From IMG/VR virus record IMGVR_UViG_3300017987_000047: DNA of 64,000 nt; one strand, given 5' to 3'. The notes below the pieces were generated by a model, which had not been told where the DNA came from, ran no database searches, and saw only the letters and a list, made by a program, of their open reading frames with translations. The position numbers and the translations under genes were made by a program. Shown piece by piece: positions 46,818 through 56,332 of this stretch. Numbering within the stretch: the first letter of the stretch is position 1; each line of letters starts with the position of its first letter. The stretch comes from a virus (taxonomy: Duplodnaviria > Heunggongvirae > Uroviricota > Caudoviricetes).

Positions 46818-47813
46818 ATGTTCCCAATCACTGCGAACCTTGCACCCACAAAAATTCAAGTAGACGCAAAAGTAAAGGATATCCTCCTAAATGAGGCAGC
46901 AAGAAAAGCTTGCATCTATAAGGCAGCCACAGTCTCTGAGGTACTTGACTTAGAGATATTCCCACACCAACTTGGTACTTGTGCCCTTGATTGGTTAAAA
47001 GACCACGAAGACATTTATTGGTTTCAGGACGAAGTAATCAACGCAGTAAAAGAGCACATTAACTTCGATTTATTTGAAAGCCACCTATCACAATTAGTAC
47101 AAGTTTCTGAAATAAAACACGCCCGTCAGGATGATCTTGATATTGGCCTTTATCATAGAAGCTTTATGAGTGCCCCTATATTTGATAATTTCGAAGCTAT
47201 GAGTTTCTACAAGTTTAATCTTCTTTTAGCCTTAACTCCTGTTGCGGGGGTGCCTAAACCGTCTACCGAAAGGTATCAGTTTTTTAATGGGGGCACTACG
47301 GATTTACAAGTTTCTTTTTTATTACGCGAGGAAAACCACCATTTAGGCCATCTGGTTAGAATGTCTCCTTCTTATGCTAGTCTTTATAAATACTTTTTTA
47401 GACTTCTCCGGGAGCGGAGGTTTGTGGGGGGTTGTATATCACCACCCTTTGGTTGCATAGATATGCAGCCAGCTGAAATCTTAAATGAGCTTAAAGGCTT
47501 CGACCTACGACCGGCGTTAAGAAAAGTAAAAAAGTTCACGCAAGGATGGAAAAAAGTAGCAATTCGAGAAGAAATCACCCACGAGAATTTAACAAGCAAA
47601 GGCGCGGAAATAAGAAAAAAGGAGAAAAGGGAGCTTATTAAAATAAACCTCCATTTTAATAAGTTTCTGCCAAAATTCGCAGAAAAGTTAATTAAGGAAA
47701 TAGATAAAACTAATAACGATTTGTCCCAGGTCAACTTTCAGAAACTTTCAGAAACTTTCCGGAAGAGAGTGGTTATCCCAGCCCTAAAGAAAGAAGGAAT
47801 CAATGAACATTGA
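46818..47813 (+). CDS. Hypothetical protein with an LT-box variant (paralog of 53480)
   Basis: ENLTSKGAEIRKKEK; shared VVIPALK C-terminus. Confidence 0.8.
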   Translation: MFPITANLAPTKIQVDAKVKDILLNEAARKACIYKAATVSEVLDLEIFPHQLGTCALDWLKDHEDIYWFQDEVINAVKEHINFDLFESHLSQLVQVSEIKHARQDDLDIGLYHRSFMSAPIFDNFEAMSFYKFNLLLALTPVAGVPKPSTERYQFFNGGTTDLQVSFLLREENHHLGHLVRMSPSYASLYKYFFRLLRERRFVGGCISPPFGCIDMQPAEILNELKGFDLRPALRKVKKFTQGWKKVAIREEITHENLTSKGAEIRKKEKRELIKINLHFNKFLPKFAEKLIKEIDKTNNDLSQVNFQKLSETFRKRVVIPALKKEGINEH

Positions 47814-48135
47814 ATTTATCCCATCCGCTTATAATATTCATATTCCAGACTCCATCAAAGATTTTATCAAGCTTGAAGACGGAACACACGAAATGCTTGA
47901 TAAAAGAAGGCCTCTTCGGATTGAGCGAAGAGACTACCATAAGGATGTGTGGTGTATTCACGATGGTTTTGGATGTATGAACCGTCAATTCAAATTCGAC
48001 TATGAATCGCTTCCCTCGAACCGAGAGGATGAGTGGTTAGCAGATCACAGATTCTCGTTGGAAGAAGCAAAAAAACTAGTTACGCAGCTTTTCTCCCTAT
48101 GGGAAAAAAATGGCGTGGAGGACCCCCGAAAATGA
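47803..48135 (+). CDS. Phage hypothetical protein
   Basis: YExLPSNREDEWL..RFSLEEA. Confidence 0.7.
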   Translation: MNIEFIPSAYNIHIPDSIKDFIKLEDGTHEMLDKRRPLRIERRDYHKDVWCIHDGFGCMNRQFKFDYESLPSNREDEWLADHRFSLEEAKKLVTQLFSLWEKNGVEDPRK

Positions 48136-48440
48136 TAGATTCCTACGACATCCGAGACTGGTTTGAAGAACACACAAAGGGCCTGCTAATCCTTATTCCA
48201 ATTATTATCCTTCTCATCTATGGAATCATCGCCCTATTTGAATACGAGGCTGTTCAAAAAAAAGAAATTGAAATTACAAAATCGGGAAGTGGCCAAATAG
48301 TTATGCTAGAGGGTCGGGACAAAGAATTAATGCTAGCAAAGTTTGAAAGCGATTATGCAGAGGGATACGAATTTATTTCAATTGGCAAAGATGCAGATGG
48401 AGAGTATATTTTTGTAATCTCCCAACGGGAGGAGAATTAA
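48132..48440 (+). CDS. Membrane protein
   Basis: TM segment GLLILIPIIILLIYGIIALF. Confidence 0.7.
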   Translation: MIDSYDIRDWFEEHTKGLLILIPIIILLIYGIIALFEYEAVQKKEIEITKSGSGQIVMLEGRDKELMLAKFESDYAEGYEFISIGKDADGEYIFVISQREEN

Positions 48441-48441
48441 A

Positions 48442-48936
48442 ATGTTGGAACGCAAAATACCAGCAATTAAATATCTGGGGCTTTTTCTTTCCTATGGTTT
48501 GGTTGCTTGGGTTATTATCTTTTGCTCGATACAGCTCGCACAAATAAGTGCCTGGTTTCTTTTCTTCTGGTTAGCTCTGTTTTTGCTCGGGTTTTTCGTT
48601 GCAAGATTAGCAGAATCTATCAAAAATTTTGGGGAGCTGGAACATCGACGGATTTATATTGTAGAACGAGAAGACGCTTTGGGAAAAGTTAACGTCCTTA
48701 TTTGTTTTTGCACCCTTTTCAAAATAAAGATTTACGCGAGCGAGTATTTTTGTAAGAAAAATAGCAATATCAAAGCCGGAGAAATTATAACGGTATCCAG
48801 ACTTAATCCTAAAACCTATCAGGCAATTGATTTTATACACCTTTATTACTACAAAGTAGGGGTAACCGAGCTACTAACGTATCCTTACCCAAGCGCAAGG
48901 AAATTTGCGAAACTAGTTCTAAACAAGAAAATATGA
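48442..48936 (+). CDS. LT-box membrane protein (2 N-terminal TM)
   Basis: LLTYPYPSARKFAK. Confidence 0.8.
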   Translation: MLERKIPAIKYLGLFLSYGLVAWVIIFCSIQLAQISAWFLFFWLALFLLGFFVARLAESIKNFGELEHRRIYIVEREDALGKVNVLICFCTLFKIKIYASEYFCKKNSNIKAGEIITVSRLNPKTYQAIDFIHLYYYKVGVTELLTYPYPSARKFAKLVLNKKI

Positions 48937-48944
48937 AATATAGA

Positions 48945-50279
48945 GTGAACTACTCCCACGTAAACGTAGGAGCTTCTTTCCTAATTAATAACCGTTGGAC
49001 TTACCACCTTAGGTGGGTCCTTTGGTAATAGAAAAGCATGATTTTGGGCAGTCCCTGCCCTACGTAATAATTGTCCTTTTTTCTTAATAACTAAAGCTGC
49101 GTTAATGTCTCTATCATGATGAGTTTTGCAACTTAAACAAGTCCATTCCCTATCTTTGAGCTTCAAATCCTTATTCACCCAATCACAGGCATGACATGTT
49201 TTTGAAGTGTTTCTTGGGGGGACGAGAACTAGTTCTCGTCCATACCAGGAGGCTTTATATTCAATCATAGATTTCAGCATAGAAATAGCAGTGTTAGATG
49301 CAGCAAATGCTAGGTTTCTATTCTTAATCATAAATTGGACTGTTAAATCTTCTAGATAAATTGCTTGGTTTTCGTCAATTATCTTTTTTGAGATTTTATC
49401 TAATTTATCTTTTCTAACATTTTTAACTTTTTCATGACATCTCGCAACTTTTAGTTTTTGTTTTTTATAGTTGTTTGATCCTCTCTTCTTCTTTGAAAGT
49501 TTTCTTTGATTTTTTCTCAATTTCTTATGATATTTATCTAAATTCTGATGCTTATCATGCTTCTCACCATTATCTTCAATCAAAGCATTTTTGATTCCAA
49601 AATCTAGTCCGACTTCATTCTTAGTTCTTTTTAACTTCTTCTGCTTTTGATCATGAAAACAAAGAGAAGCAAAATATTTATTAGTTGAAGTCTTTTTGAT
49701 AGTGCAAAAAGAAATCTTTCCATTAATTTCTCTATGCCTTTTGATTCTAATTCCTTCAAGGAATGCAGGCATTTTAAGGAGATTTTCTTCAATTTTGATT
49801 CCTTGAGGGATTCTAAAAGACTTTTCAGAGAAATTTCTCTTTTTGAATTTAGGAGGTCCTGCTTTTAATTTTGGACTGAAGAAGTTTTTATATGCTTGGT
49901 GAAGGTCTCTAAGAGCAGCTTGACAGGCTTGAGAATGAATGGTTTTCATCCATTCTAAGGACTTCCTTAATTGGGTTAAAGTTGCTTGGTCTTCCTTATA
50001 AAAAGAAAATTTCAATCCATTTTTATGATGCTCCTTTTTGAGGGCTAAAAAATGATTATAGATAAATCTACGAGCACCAAAAAACTGATCAAATTTCTTG
50101 ATTTGATCTTTTGATGGATAGATTCTAAACTTGTATAATTTAGTGATGGTTGATCTTTTAGACTTTCTAACCATGGTATAAAATTATACATGTTAGAGGA
50201 TTATAACGTAAGGCAAAATTGCTTTTTTGACACAATTCATCCTCGCGCGTGAACGCGGAGGACTTTTTGCGTAGGCACA
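48945..50279 (-). mobile_element. IS200/IS605-family (IS1341-type, TnpB-only) element
   Basis: Subterminal hairpins at ~48952-48976 and ~50240-50263; no tnpA; ends approximate. Confidence 0.75.
48981..50174 (-). CDS. tnpB: RNA-guided endonuclease TnpB
   Basis: YKFRIYP HTH; RuvC GLDFG / LEDL / DRDINAA; zinc ribbon CHAC..CLSC. Confidence 0.95.
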   Translation of the reverse strand: MVRKSKRSTITKLYKFRIYPSKDQIKKFDQFFGARRFIYNHFLALKKEHHKNGLKFSFYKEDQATLTQLRKSLEWMKTIHSQACQAALRDLHQAYKNFFSPKLKAGPPKFKKRNFSEKSFRIPQGIKIEENLLKMPAFLEGIRIKRHREINGKISFCTIKKTSTNKYFASLCFHDQKQKKLKRTKNEVGLDFGIKNALIEDNGEKHDKHQNLDKYHKKLRKNQRKLSKKKRGSNNYKKQKLKVARCHEKVKNVRKDKLDKISKKIIDENQAIYLEDLTVQFMIKNRNLAFAASNTAISMLKSMIEYKASWYGRELVLVPPRNTSKTCHACDWVNKDLKLKDREWTCLSCKTHHDRDINAALVIKKKGQLLRRAGTAQNHAFLLPKDPPKVVSPTVIN

Positions 50280-50347
50280 TTAAAACTTAACGGATGCAAA
50301 CAAAGGGCTGCGAAAACTCGCAAAAGAAATTTATGAAGGAAATCCAG

Positions 50348-50689
50348 ATGAATCTCAGGAAAATAGCAAGTAGTCTTATTGAAACAGTATTACAGAATGT
50401 TTATAAAAGCTCTGGGGAAACAGAAAAAAAGGTAGAGGAAATCCTTGCCGCCTTGCTAAAAGAAGGAATGCCCCAATTGGTTGAAAAAATAACTGAGCAG
50501 GAAAAAGAAATCAAAAACCTGCGAGCAGCTTTAGGCTATACGTATAACCCGGATTCTGAAGAATACTTATCTTTTGACGAACATTCTCGGACTCTTTGGA
50601 ATGCAGGTAGCCGACCCCCAGACGAAGACGAGTATTGGGCAGACGTCGCTTTAATGCACTATGAGGCGTCAAAAAGAAGAGGAAGTTAG
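50348..50689 (+). CDS. Hypothetical protein
   Basis: AAGGA SD before ATG 50348. Confidence 0.7.
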   Translation: MNLRKIASSLIETVLQNVYKSSGETEKKVEEILAALLKEGMPQLVEKITEQEKEIKNLRAALGYTYNPDSEEYLSFDEHSRTLWNAGSRPPDEDEYWADVALMHYEASKRRGS

Positions 50690-50691
50690 GA

Positions 50692-51216
50692 ATGAAGGCA
50701 ATATCACTTTTCAAGACGATTGGCGCGGCAAGTCAGCAGGGCGAATTACACTGGGCTTGGAATGTTTTCACAAAGGACAAAATAACAGAAGATTTTGTTC
50801 GGAAGATATTACTCGACTATCTTATTTATATTGAAGAAGGCAACCTTAGAACAGACATTGATACCGACAATCCTATCTATTTGACAAAGGTATCTGCTTT
50901 TAGAAATTATAACCTTTTTAAGGTTCTCGGGATTAAGAAACAGAAGCTTTGTTATTCGAAAAACTTTTTTTATGAAAAACTTATTCCAGAGGTTAAACGC
51001 CAATGGAAATTGTTAGGCTTTCTCCCGACCGGATTTTATCCGATTATTTATCACAGAAGACCGAGTATAAAGGATAGCGTTCGACTCGGGGCTAAACTTT
51101 TTGTTACATCAGAGTTAAAAGAAACCCACACAAAAAAACCAAGCATGCAATTTCTCACCCATAAACATAAGGTAATAAGGGACATCACAAAATGCTTAGA
51201 AAACTCGTCTTTATAA
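50692..51216 (+). CDS. LT-box protein
   Basis: FLTHKHKVIRDITK. Confidence 0.8.
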   Translation: MKAISLFKTIGAASQQGELHWAWNVFTKDKITEDFVRKILLDYLIYIEEGNLRTDIDTDNPIYLTKVSAFRNYNLFKVLGIKKQKLCYSKNFFYEKLIPEVKRQWKLLGFLPTGFYPIIYHRRPSIKDSVRLGAKLFVTSELKETHTKKPSMQFLTHKHKVIRDITKCLENSSL

Positions 51217-51557
51217 TCGGCTTACTGTTAATCCCGTTAACTGATGTTGGTGAAACCCGAGATGTCTTTCACGGAGATTTACGGCAATACCAAAATGGAG
51301 CCGTTGTTGATATACATGCTGCCTTTGCGGCAATAACAGAATACCAAGAAATAGAAAACCGGGGGCTAACTCCGGAAGATGCCGATTATTATGTTTTACT
51401 CGCACGAGCAAATGAAAGATTTTATGCCGCAATCCGTGTCGTCGCAAGACAGGGAAATTATGATATGATTGCCAGAAAAAATTCGGTAGGGGTACAGAAC
51501 TTAGACCTTCCCGATATAACGGAAGCGGTCGTGTCCGAACTAACCGCTGATAAATAA
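51192..51557 (+). CDS. Secreted protein, possibly OmpH/Skp-like
   Basis: Signal peptide; VVD..AI..VA...YDMI..DITEAV pattern. Confidence 0.45.
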   Translation: MLRKLVFIIGLLLIPLTDVGETRDVFHGDLRQYQNGAVVDIHAAFAAITEYQEIENRGLTPEDADYYVLLARANERFYAAIRVVARQGNYDMIARKNSVGVQNLDLPDITEAVVSELTADK

Positions 51558-51558
51558 A

Positions 51559-51933
51559 ATGGATTATCCAATTCGACATGTCGAATTCCTGAGAAGCAAG
51601 ACTAGGCTTGTTGTGCGGGTCACAGCCGATTTTTATCTTGATTTAGACCAACCGGATGAGTTTGTAAGACAGACGATTTACTTTTCAGAAAAATTTGTAC
51701 CAGGGACGCCATATAAATACCCGATTGAAAATAAGTATGTTATTTTTGGAAAATCTGTTCTCTGTCCCTCTTCCCGGGGCCTTGAAGAGGTTGAAGCCGC
51801 AGAACTACTAACTCACGATTCTCCAGAAGTGAGAAAAGCTATAAAACTATACCTTAGCTCTTCCCTAAGAGAATTTGAAGAATTTTGCATGCGGCTGAAT
51901 TGTGAAAATATAACATCGGAGGCGTGCCCTTGA
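51559..51933 (+). CDS. LT-box protein
   Basis: LLTHDSPEVRKAIK. Confidence 0.8.
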   Translation: MDYPIRHVEFLRSKTRLVVRVTADFYLDLDQPDEFVRQTIYFSEKFVPGTPYKYPIENKYVIFGKSVLCPSSRGLEEVEAAELLTHDSPEVRKAIKLYLSSSLREFEEFCMRLNCENITSEACP

Positions 51934-51961
51934 ATTTGGTGAACATTTAAAAGGAAGGATT

Positions 51962-52261
51962 ATGGCCTCTAAAACAAAACAAATCCGCTGGCAACTTTTA
52001 GGTCTTGTTCTGACCCTAAGTTTATTCCCATGTGCTCTTCTGTTGATGCTTTTCATGCTTCTCGGGGCGCTCTCTTTTGCCTATGGTATAGCATGCCTCA
52101 TTAGGGTTCCCGGAAATTGGGAATCTGATATACTTTTAATGGCGTTTGGGGTTTTCCTCGTTTTCACGGGCTTCTATTCCCGTAATATACTTAGGTTTTT
52201 ATTGGATAGGATACGCGACACATTTTTTCCGGAGAAGGATTATGACTTTTTACGTAGATGA
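51962..52261 (+). CDS. Membrane protein
   Basis: Two to three hydrophobic segments. Confidence 0.7.
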   Translation: MASKTKQIRWQLLGLVLTLSLFPCALLLMLFMLLGALSFAYGIACLIRVPGNWESDILLMAFGVFLVFTGFYSRNILRFLLDRIRDTFFPEKDYDFLRR

Positions 52262-52928
52262 AAAAACGGTTGAGTGTCTTTCTGAAGTCCAAGAAAAAAT
52301 GAGGAAGTTTGGGGTTTCAGACAAGAAGGTTAGTTGCTTAAGCAACGCAAATACTGCGGAAGAGCGGTTAAAAGCACTTGCGGATGCCGCTAACTCAGTT
52401 GAACTTAGTATCAACGGGTATATTGCAAAAATTGACGCTGATTCCGAGGATAAAGACCAACGACATTTCATTCGAGTTCAGATGGGGTACCAGAGAGCTT
52501 TCAATTGCACCTGGAGACCCAACTATTTTTGGTATCATAATGAGAGTCTCCTGTGTCCCGACCCACTGGTTAGTTCTGTATTAGAGGCCCTTAGGTATAT
52601 AGAAACAGAGGTTGAACCATTCCACTACCTTATTATTCACACGGATTATGGGGATGGGAAACCCCCACGGGTTTCGGTAGAGAAACTAGGAGTTGGTTTC
52701 GATTCTACCCTTGCGGACTCAAAGAAGCATGCTAATCGATACGCAGGGTACCTAGCTCCTCCCACTACCTGGACAATACCCAAGGTTGAAATCGCAAGCA
52801 TATCCGGAGTTTCAGATGTAACTGAAGCCTTTAACGAAATTGTAGAAAGAACTTTGAGAAGACGGTACTGGTTTAAGACTTTTATAAATAAGATTGCTTC
52901 GCTCTTTAGAAAGAAACAAAATGGATAA
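52242..52928 (+). CDS. Hypothetical protein
   Basis: GAAGGA SD before ATG 52242. Confidence 0.7.
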   Translation: MTFYVDEKTVECLSEVQEKMRKFGVSDKKVSCLSNANTAEERLKALADAANSVELSINGYIAKIDADSEDKDQRHFIRVQMGYQRAFNCTWRPNYFWYHNESLLCPDPLVSSVLEALRYIETEVEPFHYLIIHTDYGDGKPPRVSVEKLGVGFDSTLADSKKHANRYAGYLAPPTTWTIPKVEIASISGVSDVTEAFNEIVERTLRRRYWFKTFINKIASLFRKKQNG

Positions 52929-53409
52929 TCTTCCTAGTTACGAAGAATTAAAGGCCCACTCTGAAAGCCTTTTTGAAAAATTCGCAGAGGTTTTTGGCAA
53001 ATCGAAGGCTTTCGAAGTCACCGAAAAACAACAGGTTCGCAAAGACCCTATTATTGACCTCCAAAACAGAAGGCTATATGAAAAATTTACCGAGCTAGGT
53101 TTTCCAATTCGCTCTTTCGGCGATCTTTCTCATATTATCAAATTAATTCAAACCAAAGAAGAATATCAAAAATTGCTGGAGGAAGAAAGCGAGCTTGTCC
53201 GGGAGGAAGTTGAAAAAGAATTTGCGGATTTAGTTAAGTCTTTCCCAGATCAGGACCCGATGTTAGTCGAAGTCATAAACCAGCAAATTTGCGAGTCTTT
53301 TGCTAGCGTCTCAGCAATAGCAAAGTTTCTCAAAATCAAGGTAACCCCACAAAATATCAAACACGCCGTAGCCCGGGTGTTGAAAGTAACAAAGGAACTG
53401 GAAGATTAA
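52921..53409 (+). CDS. Hypothetical protein
   Basis: Overlapping ORF. Confidence 0.7.
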   Translation: MDNLPSYEELKAHSESLFEKFAEVFGKSKAFEVTEKQQVRKDPIIDLQNRRLYEKFTELGFPIRSFGDLSHIIKLIQTKEEYQKLLEEESELVREEVEKEFADLVKSFPDQDPMLVEVINQQICESFASVSAIAKFLKIKVTPQNIKHAVARVLKVTKELED

Positions 53410-53414
53410 AAAAT

Positions 53415-53444
53415 CTTGCGTTACTCCTTAGGAAGTCGTTATAT
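53415..53444 (+). promoter_or_regulatory. Class-A promoter motif
   Basis: CTTGCGTT-N17-TATAT. Confidence 0.6.
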
Positions 53445-53479
53445 TTTTAAATATAGCTGGTTTAACCTTGGAGGAAAAA

Positions 53480-54322
53480 ATGTTTCAGATTTGCGACGCC
53501 CAAACCCTTTCGGACCTTTTAGTCCGCCTTAACGATACAACGAAAGATCGTTTACGAAGTGAAGTCGCTGCACAAACTTATTGTGAATTTTTTCTCTCCA
53601 GTAATGCTAAATTTAGAAAAAGGATTCTAAAAGAGGCGGGGGAGGAAGAAAAAGAAATGGCCGACCCGCATAAGGTTATTTCTGTCTTAAAAAATTACGT
53701 ATCTCTAGATTATTACGACTCCACCCTCTATAATGACTCCCCAAGTCTGTGCCTTTTAATTAGAGCTTTTGTAAGCCTAAAAGAGCTTAACTTTGAAGGG
53801 TGTGGAGAAGTTAGGCTTCCTTTAGATTTTATGCTTTCCCCGCAGGGATTGGAGCTTAGTTTTAGGGAAACAACCTTTTGTAGAAAAATTAAGTATGACC
53901 TTATTTCCTACGAAGATATGGCATCTCGGATAACGCAGATGTTTCGCCGAGAAGAGTTTTTGGCAGAGGCCGAAGCAACTTCAATGTATCCGGCTTTCTT
54001 TGCCGAGTGGGAAGTAATTTGTCGTGTTAAAGAGTATGATTTCCGCCCGCTTCTCAAAGGTATTCTGGAAAAATTGCCCGAATGGAAAAAAGAATTGCCC
54101 TATGAAAATCTCACTCAAGAGAGCTCTAGGGAACGAAAATATCAAAAGCGAAAATTGCGTATCCAAATGCTTCATTACGACAAACTAATCCCGGATTTTA
54201 TTAAGAAGTGGCTTGCCGTCTTAGATTCGGTTGACGGCGATGTCCTGGACTCCCATTTCTTTGAGTTAGTCCTCAAATACCAACGGGAAGTTGTTATTCC
54301 AGCATTAAAAGAAATTAACTAG
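53480..54322 (+). CDS. Paralog of 46818 with an LT-box variant
   Basis: ENLTQESSRERKYQK; GGAGG SD. Confidence 0.8.
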   Translation: MFQICDAQTLSDLLVRLNDTTKDRLRSEVAAQTYCEFFLSSNAKFRKRILKEAGEEEKEMADPHKVISVLKNYVSLDYYDSTLYNDSPSLCLLIRAFVSLKELNFEGCGEVRLPLDFMLSPQGLELSFRETTFCRKIKYDLISYEDMASRITQMFRREEFLAEAEATSMYPAFFAEWEVICRVKEYDFRPLLKGILEKLPEWKKELPYENLTQESSRERKYQKRKLRIQMLHYDKLIPDFIKKWLAVLDSVDGDVLDSHFFELVLKYQREVVIPALKEIN

Positions 54323-54331
54323 GAGGTTGTT

Positions 54332-55042
54332 GTGGGTTTATTCAAATCTAAGGATGAGAAAATAAGGGAAGCCGCTATCCAACAGGAGAAACGAGAAATT
54401 GAGCAAGTTCTCCCAAATTCATATACAATAAATGAGGCCGCAAACTTTCTTGCTCGCCTTTTGGGGAAGTTTAATCCTCTTTTCAGCACTGATTTCCCTT
54501 CCCCTATGTTAATCCGCCCTTATAAAAAGGGAGTGTCATTAATTTGGAATAGCCCGAATAGCCCTAATGGGATTCTTAAAATAGATTTTGAGAATTATTT
54601 ACCCGGCCTTGTAATTAGGGAGCCAGATGACTCCCCGTTCACTTATACAACTCTAACAAAACCTATCCGGCGGCGGCACTGTCCGTATACTTGGGTCAAG
54701 GAAGAGTTGACTAAATTCACATTGGTCTTTAAAGGCAACTCTGGTGAATTTCAAGCAAACCTAATACATTCGGGGTTACGCAAAAAATTACATTCCGAGG
54801 GTGCTAATAAAGGGGTAGAGGCAAGCAGAAAAGAATTTAAGGAGGTTACTCTTTCAAAGATTAAGCAAGCCCTACAAAAACAAGCTATTGCATTGGAATG
54901 GTTCTCAGCTAACAAAGCGAAGTTGCCTTTCCCTGAAAAAGAACTACTTTCTTTTAAGATTGAGCGGGGGTATTTCCAAAGCAAAGACCCCAACCCAAAA
55001 CTAAAATTCAACGAGCTTACTGGCGAATATATTTACGATTAA
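54332..55042 (+). CDS. Hypothetical protein
   Basis: AGGAGG SD, GTG start. Confidence 0.75.
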   Translation: MGLFKSKDEKIREAAIQQEKREIEQVLPNSYTINEAANFLARLLGKFNPLFSTDFPSPMLIRPYKKGVSLIWNSPNSPNGILKIDFENYLPGLVIREPDDSPFTYTTLTKPIRRRHCPYTWVKEELTKFTLVFKGNSGEFQANLIHSGLRKKLHSEGANKGVEASRKEFKEVTLSKIKQALQKQAIALEWFSANKAKLPFPEKELLSFKIERGYFQSKDPNPKLKFNELTGEYIYD

Positions 55043-55054
55043 GGAGAAGGTTCC

Positions 55055-55573
55055 TTGGAAAAAGTCATCTTCCTAGATATGGATGGTGTTCTGGCCTTTG
55101 GTCGTTGGGTAAAAATTGACGACAAAACATACGAAGCAATCATCGAAGAAACCCAGCTTCAAAGATTTGCGGAGCTTATAGAGGCAACTAAAGCAACCGT
55201 TATTCTAAGTTCTGCCTGGAGACGATGTAAGTCAGATAGAAAGCAAATCAGCGAAGCTTTAGAGTCTGTCGGGGTAGCTTGGGACCCTGAAAATCGGACT
55301 CCAGACACAAAAAACGGAAATAGGGCTGATGAAATCCAGGCTTGGCTAGATAAGCACCCAGAAGTTAAAAAATTCGCTGTTTTAGATGATGACGCAACTG
55401 CGGCAGTCTTTGGAGAGAACTATTTCCAAACGTACTGGCCCGAGGTTTCTAACGAAGAAGTTAAGGCAGACCCAAACTGGGAAACTACTTTTAAGGGTCG
55501 TTTCGAAGTTGCTGGTTTAACCACGGAAGTTGTCAGTAGTGTAGTTGAACATTTAGGAGGTACCAATGAGTAG
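55055..55573 (+). CDS. HAD phosphatase (Swiss-Army-knife RNA repair HAD type)
   Basis: FLDMDGVL, ILSSAWR, RADEIQAWL, AVLDDD. Confidence 0.8.
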   Translation: MEKVIFLDMDGVLAFGRWVKIDDKTYEAIIEETQLQRFAELIEATKATVILSSAWRRCKSDRKQISEALESVGVAWDPENRTPDTKNGNRADEIQAWLDKHPEVKKFAVLDDDATAAVFGENYFQTYWPEVSNEEVKADPNWETTFKGRFEVAGLTTEVVSSVVEHLGGTNE

Positions 55574-55775
55574 TAGAATCACCATTCCAAAACATATTCT
55601 CGAAGATGGCAAAGAGGAAATCCTGAAATGGTTAAAGGATGCCCCCAATGGACCATATACGTTTAGCGTATGCTTGGGGTGTGGAGGCTATTACGTTCAC
55701 CCGGAGACTCCGGAAGACGTAGAGATCGAGTTCACAAAAGAATGTAAAAATTGTTTTATTCCTGAAAAAGTGTAG
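55566..55775 (+). CDS. Small Cys-containing protein
   Basis: CLGC..CKNC; AGGAGG SD. Confidence 0.65.
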   Translation: MSSRITIPKHILEDGKEEILKWLKDAPNGPYTFSVCLGCGGYYVHPETPEDVEIEFTKECKNCFIPEKV

Positions 55776-55781
55776 GGTTCA

Positions 55782-56051
55782 ATGGAACATCAATTCCCTT
55801 TCACCATAAAAACAATTACATAAACATGCTGTTTCTGTCCTTCGCAATGGGAGGGGTATACAACTTGTGGGAAAGGTTTCTATATTAGATACCGGGGTGG
55901 TTTCTTGTCGGCGTCCATTGGGGCTACGACCGACGGCGCGGTTATGGGAGAAGTAATTTTTGCTAAACAAATTGGGGATGCCTTCGACGGCTTTATGGAG
56001 GAAGAAGAGCTATTTAAGCATCTCCAAGACGTTCTTAAGCACCCCTCTTAA
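55782..56051 (+). pseudogene. Small phage protein interrupted by in-frame TAA 55821-55823
   Basis: MEHQFPFTIKTIT*TCCFCPSQWEG..FYIRYRGG.. frame continues 75 codons. Confidence 0.6.
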
Positions 56052-56109
56052 AAAATTTTTCAAAAAATGATAATTTTTCGAGAAAATCTTTAAATTCAGG
56101 TGTATAAAT

Positions 56110-56237
56110 AATTGCTTGACACGGATTCGTAATGATACCTTTTTTAGTCTTGAGGGGGACCGGGGAAGCGTGTGTCAACAAATTACGAATCGTTAAGTGT
56201 AAGAGGGCTTGGTATTCACCCAAGCCCTCTTTTTTTG
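56110..56237 (+). ncRNA. Candidate small RNA with crossing stems and a terminator
   Basis: TTGACAC/GTGTCAA and GATTCGTAAT/ATTACGAATC in crossing order. Confidence 0.35.
56201..56237 (+). terminator. Intrinsic terminator
   Basis: AAGAGGGCTTGG/CCAAGCCCTCTT followed by a U tract. Confidence 0.85.
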
Positions 56238-56258
56238 TTTAAGCCTCCCACCCCAAAT

Positions 56259-56288
56259 CTTACGTAGTACAAAAAAAATTCACCATAT
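56259..56288 (+). promoter_or_regulatory. Class-A promoter motif (variant)
   Basis: CTTACGTA-N17-CATAT after the terminator. Confidence 0.5.
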
Positions 56289-56332
56289 TTTTTAAATATA
56301 ACCTAATTGTACTGCCAGGATAAAGCACCCCA

